NCBI GenBank assembly: GCA_049999805.1
Contig: JBNGIO010006373.1
Coordinates: 98,231 to 162,230 of the forward strand
From: Folioceros fuciformis
Lineage: Eukaryota
Direction: 5' to 3'
DNA length: 64,000 nucleotides
Position numbers and translations under genes: made by a program. A model generated the notes under the pieces. It had not been told where the DNA came from and did no database searches. It worked only from the letters and a program-made list of their open reading frames with translations. Of the stretch, positions 56,601 through 64,000 are shown one piece after another. Positions within the stretch are counted from its first letter, which is position 1. Each line of letters starts with the position of its first letter.

Positions 56601-59304
56601 CAAGCTTCTGGCGTATGGCACCACAGACGCTCTCCGCTAACTTCCGAGCCTCCACAAACACAAGCATTTGAAGCCCGGATTTTAAAAGTTGGACCTGCAA
56701 AGAGCATCTTCAGTGTGCAGCATTCGGTCCAGAATTGGATGAACACATCCGATTTCTGCAATTCTAACATACACGCAACGCCAAAACTTCTACATTACCG
56801 CAACATCTGCGCTCTCTGAGTACGGACTACTCGCTTCAGGAGGCTGCCAGCAAACGATGTGCCTGTCGCCAACGGGTGCCCCTGTTCCATGGATGGCTTC
56901 AACATCCACCGTTGTGAGCTGTTTCACATGATCCTGTACAAGAGGGATCAATCAGAAGCCTGGCACAAGTTCTATAATCTCCAAGTCTAAATCAAATAGT
57001 GCTGCACCTTGGGATTCCCAATAGTTGCTGAACAGCATATAAACATGGGCTCAGCGCGATAGTACCGGGCGACTCTAAGTAGCCGCCTCAGGATACAGCC
57101 CTGCAGAATCCCGGCAAGAAAATGTCAGCTTCATTGAACGGTCAACATCGAGTTCTCTACATCTGAGGTCACGGATCACCCAGCAATCACGTGCAGGCCC
57201 CACAGCCTAATCTAAGCTGAGGAGGTTGGCCGTGTCTACTACATGTACAGAAAATGGAAATGGGTTGCATACCACATGACTGCCGAATACCCCTCTGTAC
57301 GTATGCGCCTCATCTACCACCACGAATTTCAAGTTGGAGAAGAACCGTTGCCAATACTGGTTACAGAGAATGGAAGAGACTTAGCAGTTCACACTGCAAA
57401 GGCACTGTCACTCACGTACAAACGTATAAGTCCCATGCGGTGTACCGTGTGCTTCGGAAGAAGGTTGTGATGGATCATGTCAGGATTCGTAAGAATAATC
57501 TGCAATCAAGGGCATTGACACACATTGTTGGAAAACAAGGTCAGGCCATGCTCGGCAAAAGACGTACTAGTCGCTTTAGTACTGACCCTGCCGTTTTTCC
57601 TGATCTTCTCCCTGTCTTCAAGAGGGGTGTCACCATCGAAACTACAAACAAATAAGCAAGTTCTCAGGGACAAGGCACCAAGGCGCGGACACCGAAGCAT
57701 AAGAGCATGCCTTTGAGACCCAGATATGAGAGAAACGCTCAGGGCATAGCTGCGAACGGTTTACCAATAGCAGTGTGGCTGACCTCGCTTCACTTTGGTT
57801 ACCAGCTCACCTGGCACCAGAACGTTGGATGATCACAGAACTGGAGACATTAAATTGATACTGGGCAGAGCTCTGAAACCCGAAGACCCTGCGCTAAAAA
57901 GCTTGAGACTGAAAAATTGCGACCAAGAGATGCTGTACGATGACTTACTCAGAGTCTTCAGCTGATCGTGCGCTAGAGCCTACAATGAATCGGTGGGATT
58001 AGCGCCTAGTTCATTATCTCGAACAGACGATAGATGCGAACTGTGCAGGTATTCTAGATGCTCACCTTCATAGGGAAGAGGAGAAGGGCTTTTGAATTCG
58101 GGTCGTTTATCAAGGCATCAAGAACCTGCACCAGCATGACAGTACAAATTACCAGAACAAAGTTAGACGCCGTACACCAGCTACAGTTTCCAGCATCGAA
58201 TGTTTCGGTGAAAATACATGTGATGTAAAAAAGGAAACGTGAGTGTTTAGGGAGCCTACTGGGATAATGTACATCATGCTCTTTCCAGACGCAGTTGGGG
58301 TCGCAGCCACAACACTGGAACCACCAAAAATCGCGTTGACTGCTGAGGCCTGGTGGCTGTAGAGCTTCGGGATTCCTCTGAACGGGTGAAGGAGGAAAAA
58401 CGAGGCTCAGCAGATGCTTTAGATCAAATACACAGTTTTACAGCTCTAGCATCACAAGCACGCACCTTTCCTTCAGAGTTTTTAGGAGCTTAGGACTGAG
58501 ATTGTAGTCGATCTCCCCAAACGAGGCTGGCCTGGACGGAGCAGATCCAGTAAGAGCTGGAACCAACTTGATACACACCTGGCATTCCAGACACAGATCC
58601 GGAAAAATAGACAAATCTTACCTTTCTGGCAAATGTTCAATGTGGACAATTTGTCCCTGAGATGCTGCACTCTGCAGCCCTTCAAGGACAGCTTCAATGT
58701 CTACTACTTTCGGGGACGGCTCAAAATTTGACTTCTCATCCCCTTTCGTTTCCGTTGGAAAACCTTTTTGCTTCCTCCTCCTCGAACTCTGCTTCGAGCT
58801 CAAATTCAATTTTAATGCGACGCCGGGTAGGACAGCCGGGCTGTCCTGCAACCCCAACTCCTCGTCGACTCCACAACCACGTGCTGAACTTCTGCCATCC
58901 ACGCAGCTCCCTGACCCCCTACTTCCAAATAACTTAGCATCCACATCCCTCTCGCTCCCCTGATGCTCTTCCTTCAGCCGGGAACTGAAGGTTCCAGTCA
59001 AACTCCTCCCTTGTAGGCCTGGTTCCTCGAGGCAAGACTCCATAATTTTTGCTAAGCTCTTCTGGCCACCGCCGGAATTCTGACTCGCCTCCGCAACGCA
59101 TTCAATCACGCTGTCAGACACCCGAGCTCTCCGCCTGCCAGGCTTCAAAGTTACCACTGGCCTGGGTCTCGGCTTGGAGTCCTGTGACGCCATCCCTGAG
59201 ACCTTGGCGGGCGTGAGGAAGTAGGGGGAATGGATAACAGCGGCTGGCCTGCATCCTTCGCCAGTCCTAGCTCGCTTCCTACTCCCACCATTGCTCTGCT
59301 TCAT
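53624..59304 (-). CDS. HRQ1/MrfA(YprA)-family DEAH helicase with C-terminal DUF1998 zinc site, ~20 exons
   Basis: [86 protein letters not shown] and [11 protein letters not shown]. Traced 5' exons splice in frame; 3' exon boundaries are approximate. Confidence 0.88.
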
Positions 59305-59844
59305 CTGAGCCGAGAAGGCAATAGAGTTTAAATTTCAGAGCAATCCAATTCACGAAAGGAACTGCTCACATTTCAGCATTTACCTGCATCGCGATGATGG
59401 GGGAAGACTCAAAGTCACTCCAATCTTCTGGAGAATCCATGGAGGAACCGCCGAAGGCAATAGGCAATCCGGCCAGAGCTGGGTCAAGCGAAGGCGCGGG
59501 AAACAACAAGGTTCGACATTCGAAAATAGTCGTTCATATTCATTTTGCTCCGTACCGTACACACTGATTTTGTTTCCAGCGAAAGTTAGGGTCTACATAC
59601 TGATTTTGTTGGATTTCACGTGATAAGTACATGGAAAGTGAAATAAAAATGAAACAGCATAAGATAGGTTGAGCCCTACACAGCAGGGATGCGAATACGA
59701 CTTTCTCGCATCAACTGCTCCACACCCTCGCAATGTGCAGCAGCTGATGCAATTGCGGCTCTCTCAAAGGCGCACTCTTCCATGGTAGCAGTTGATGCAC
59801 ACCAATCTCATTCCGGTTCTTTGAAAGGCTCACTCTTCCACTAC

Positions 59845-60522
59845 CACGTGATAGTGGACCCCAATAGGTTCACGTGATAGTGGACCCCAGTAGGTTGATC
59901 ACAAGTGTGTGCTCAAGGTAGTGGAAGCATCCAGTATGAGGTCGATCACAAAAGTGTGGTCAAGGTAGTGGAATCCAATAGGTCGATCACAAGTGTGTAG
60001 TCAAGGATGGACCCCTTGAAACAGAGACAAATGAGGTTTATGCAAACAAAGCCTATGCCGCAACATCATGAACAAAGAGAACATGTAGAAAGGAACGAAC
60101 GAATACAGCAGGTAGAAAGGAAGAAGAATAGAGAGGTAGAAAGGAAGAAGAATATGTTGAAAGGAAGAAGAATACGGTTCCACTAAGCAAATAGAGGAGG
60201 TAGGAAGCAAAAGGAATGGGGTTCCACTAAGAATAGAGCGCGTAGGAAAGATGAAGAACAGGGTTAGCATGAATGAATAGAGCAAGTACGAAGAAGAATA
60301 GGACTATCAAGAATGGATAGAGCAAGTAGGAACAAATGCAAAGAGCAGCTAGGAAGGAAGAAGAATATGTTCCACTAACGTTCCACCCATAGAATCCTAG
60401 TTTAAACAAAGTACAGCAACATGTCTACTTCTAGAATATTGCATTTCCAGATCCATATGCTCCTTCCTCAAATGCTCAGAACATTGCATTTCAAGATCCA
60501 TATGCTCCTTCCTCAAATGCTC
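59845..60522. repeat. Cluster of short tandem repeats (26-bp, ~43-47-bp, purine-rich 20-bp and 45-bp units); probable TE debris
   Basis: cacgtgatagtggacccca x2 (59845, 59871). gatcacaa..gtgtg..tcaagg x3. aggtagaaaggaagaagaata x2-3. 45-bp x2 at 60433-60522. Confidence 0.8.
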
Positions 60523-62338
60523 ACGCTGATGCCAAGCTGCAGGCCCATCATAAAGAGCCCCAAAATTGAGGAACACCAAGGTTCCATAAAATGTTGGACA
60601 TACAACATCAATCACATCAGAAAGAAACGACGAACAAGCCAGACGCAACAAGTTCCCCCATGTTGCACTTATTGGTTCCATAACAAAATCAACAGAAGTT
60701 AAGCAACAAGGTTTCCACAACATTTCTTTCTTCAATATGTTGAACAAAAACTACCAATCCAAGAGATCAACATCTTTGGTGCTTCTTCCCTCTTTGCAGT
60801 AGTCTTTCAACCACCTCTCAAGGTGTATGTATGTTTTGAAGTGAATGCTTCTGTACCTTATTCTTGCCCTTAGGAGCTATAAAATAATGATAGAGAATCT
60901 CATTCTCCCTAAGTTATCTAATGCATTAAGTATCCCCACCATCCATGGAGGAGGAGGGGCAATGCCCTTGTGATCTTTACATGGGAATATCGGCTAAGAA
61001 ATGATTTCGGCATCTTCTAGGCACAAAAACGGCTTACCACTGTCACTCGTATCTTTTAAGATGAATATATATGAATTATTTTATTAGCTTAGAAGAGTTT
61101 AGGGTTTAGTATCAGCTTGGAGGTAGGAAAACAGGACGGGTCGTCGTTGCTACGCATTTCGCAACCAAGTCTCGAGAATCCTGGATAGCCTCTGCGTGAT
61201 GTATTTATGAGGTGCCAAGAGCGAGCGACATCAGAGCTAGGAAAGGACATGGCAGGCAGGCGCGAGGACAGGGATGGCATAGCAGACGCGACCAGGCTGG
61301 CATCGAAGGTTGCAATAAATCTAGGGTGCCCCCTCGTCCGGGACCATCATCCATCTCCTGGTACATCCACAAGTGGGTGTGTTGTACGCGGCGGCAAGCA
61401 TGCGAGATGAAGGACATGAATTACCAGAGTGGAGCCATGACGAGAGGAGCGCTGCGGCAGCAACACCAGCAGCAGGCCAGCGACTCCGTCTGGTCCCTTG
61501 GAAGCCCACTCTTCCGCTCACAAAGGAGAGGAGAGGAAAGGAAAGGAAAGGCTGGCATGAGGTTGACGCAGCAGCTGTCATGGGGACCCCGTGAAGTGCA
61601 GCTTTGCTCTTAGGCAAAGCTCCAAGAAATGCCTCCCCATACCTACTGCACCTACCACCACCGGGTCTCACCAGGTCAGAGGGCCATGGCAGTGAGCTTT
61701 GCAGGGCTAGAGGACACCGGTGGCGTGAGTGAGGCCAGTCTCAAGCCAGTTGCCAGTTCGGCCATCCGTGGATCCATCAACTCCTAGCCGGCAGCCCCCT
61801 GGACCGTCATCCACGTCCCCAGGGCCTGCACCTTGCAAGCGAGCCAATATGAATCCACTGGCCTCCAACACCCCCCGTCAGAGAGGTGAGAGCGACCGAG
61901 TGCGCCGGATGATGGCGTTGCAGTTGCATTCATCAGCTCCAAGGCTGTCCTGCCGCCCGCAATGCCATTAACCTCCCCCTTAATTCCTTCCGGTACAGCA
62001 CCACCAGCCCGGGAGGATGGATCGTCCGGCCGTCCAGTCGGGATTGATGGAATGGGAGGCGCGCGTACGCTTAACACTACCACTCCTACTACTGCCTGGC
62101 ACACACCTGACCTCGCCACACCTAGCTCCCGCAGTCCTGCCCTCCGCTCTGCCTCCACGGGTAAAGAAAGCGCCCCTGCGTTGTGACATCTCAACTCCCC
62201 CCCGCCACCCCACGACAAAAGCCCGTCCCGCGGACTCTTCTCTCCCACACTCTCCTGCACTGATCCATCCTCCAATTCGGGGTTCTCGGTTCTCGAATCC
62301 ACCACACCTCGTCCCTGCGGATCCCTGAAGCTGTAGCA

Positions 62339-64000
62339 ATGCAAGGCGGCGGAGGCGGCAAGCGGCGGGTGGTGGCCGGGCCGCCCCCCGAGCTGGTCGA
62401 GCTGCCAGTGAAGCTGGCCGATCCGGAGCTCATCAAGCCTGCTTCTCCCGGGAACGGGGAAAACGCTCCTCTCTTCCTATCCAACATCGACCAGGTCCTG
62501 GCGTTCTCGGTGGAGACTGTGTATTTCTACCGCGCCGACCCCGACAAGCCCAGCCTGAGCGTGGCCAGCACCCTGCGCGAGGCCCTCAAGAAGGTGCTGG
62601 TGCATTACCAGTTTCTGGCCGGGAGGCTTCGGCTGAATGCGGCCCAGCGCAGGCTGGAGGTGGAGTGCAACGGCGCCGGCGCCCAGTTCGGAGAGGCCGA
62701 CACCGAGCTCCGCCTGGCCGATCTCGGGGACGTCACCATTCCCAACCCCGNNNNNNNNNNNNNNNNNNNNNNNNNNNNNNNNNNNNNNNNNNNNNNNNNN
62801 NNNNNNNNNNNNNNNNNNNNNNNNNNNNNNNNNNNNNNNNNNNNNNNNNNGAATGCGGCCCAGCGCAGGCTGGAGGTGGAGTGCAACGGCGCCGGCGCTC
62901 AGTTCGGAGAGGCCGACACCGAGCTCCGCCTGGCCGATCTCGGGGACGTCACCATTCCCAACCCCGCCTTTCGCACGCTGGTGCCCCAGGCCTGGGGCGC
63001 CGCCAAGATCACCGACGTCCCGCTCCTCATGGTGCAGGTGAGGTCTCCAGGCAATGCGACCTCGATCGTGAACGTGATTCCCGGTTGCATCGTGACGGTG
63101 ATGGTGACGACTGTAGGTGAATGTGGCCCTGTGCTGTGTGGTAACGGATGCAGGTGACGAGGTTCCGGTGCGGGGGATTCGCGGTGGGCTTCACTATGGG
63201 CCACATCAACTACGACGGCATTGGGGCAATAGATTTCCTTACCAACTTCACCTCTTTCTGCAAGGGCGGGGACATGGTGGTCTTCCCGGTCCACGACCGC
63301 ACGCTGCTGCGCGCGCGGGATCCCCCGCAGATCCGCTTCGATCACCCTGAGTACATTCCCCCGGAGGACATCCCCATGATGGCTGCCTCCAATCCCTTCA
63401 CCACCGCGGATGTCGCCAACGGCAAGCTCCAAGATCTCCATGCCTCGCAGCGCCACATCTACAGAGTGTTCCATTTCCACGCGGACGTGCTGGATCATCT
63501 CAAGAAGAAGGCCGCAGGCCTGGAGCAGGAGGAGCCGGAGCCGGCCGAGCAGGACCTTGTCAAACCTAGCAATGGCGATGGGAAAGTCAACCACATCGAC
63601 GACCCTACTGGCCACAGCAACGGCAATAGCAATGGCCACGCCAATGGCAACGGCAACAGCAGCAGCAGCAGCAATGGCAACAACGGCCATGACAACGGCG
63701 GCGTCAAGATGAACGGCTTAGGCAGCAGCAACAGCAAAGGACTCGCGAGCAAGGTGTCCACGTTCGAAGCTTTGGCCTCGCACATCTGGCAGGCGAGGAG
63801 CAGGGCGGTGGACTGCCCGGCGCCGACAGCACCGGCGACCATGCTGTTCGCGGTGGACATACGCGGGCGGATGAGCCCGCCGCTACCGAGGGCTTTGTGC
63901 TGCAACGCCGTCTTCTCGGCCTGCGCCAGGGCCACGTTTCAGGAGCTCAAGGAGAAGCCGCTGGCTTTCTGCGTGGAGAAGGTGCAGAGCGCCATTGAGA
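62339..64000 (+). CDS. BAHD acyltransferase (feruloyl/hydroxycinnamoyl-transferase-like), intron 63038-63153, 3' end beyond the window
   Basis: LFLSNIDQ, YQFLAGRL, VQ|VTRFRCGGF (the conserved Q intron), HxxxD as HINYDG, DRTLLRARDPP, STFEALASHIW and FAVDIRGR. Confidence 0.93.
62751..62850. other. Assembly gap (100 N) flanked by a 116-bp direct duplication
   Basis: 62635-62750 is repeated at 62851-62966 with one C/T difference. Confidence 1.

Noticed and set aside
60397..60747. 116-aa minus-strand ORF with EHLRKEHMDLEMQ x2
   Set aside because: Non-ATG start, repeat-derived, no recognisable family.

Overview
Gene-dense eukaryotic nuclear DNA from a seed-free land plant, most likely a hornwort. 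This is an inference from short (~80-120 nt) introns, very short intergenic spacers, a plastid-peptidoglycan VanY gene, and a PLS-class PPR ending in the WW-type PGQSWWTD box. About 17 intact protein genes, in order: CCCH-WD40 (ZFWD-like), UBP14, VanY D,D-carboxypeptidase, TEX10/IPI1, P-class PPR (EMB2654-like), plastid rhodanese-domain protein with a long acidic repeat, small secreted Cys-rich protein, DET2, VTI1, ABCB29-like, MOB1, PATROL1, intronless eIF2B-gamma, two convergent PLS-E RNA-editing PPRs lacking a catalytic deaminase, an HRQ1/MrfA-family DEAH helicase, and a BAHD acyltransferase cut by the window end. Two AT-richer accessory islands interrupt the GC-richer gene runs. The first (~14.7-18.8 kb) holds a decayed genomic copy of part of the nearby UBP14 gene, minisatellites, an LTR-type primer-binding site and a broken intronless GDSL lipase, with telomere-type heptamers at its edges. 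The second (~59.5-61.1 kb) is made of nested tandem repeats. There are two 100-N gaps. I found no rRNA, tRNA or CRISPR. No new biological system is proven. The best leads are the telomere-motif-bounded cargo island, the acidic repeat region of the plastid rhodanese protein, the deaminase-less editing PPRs and the bacterial-like helicase. Exon boundaries were read by eye and family assignments come from remembered motifs, not database searches.
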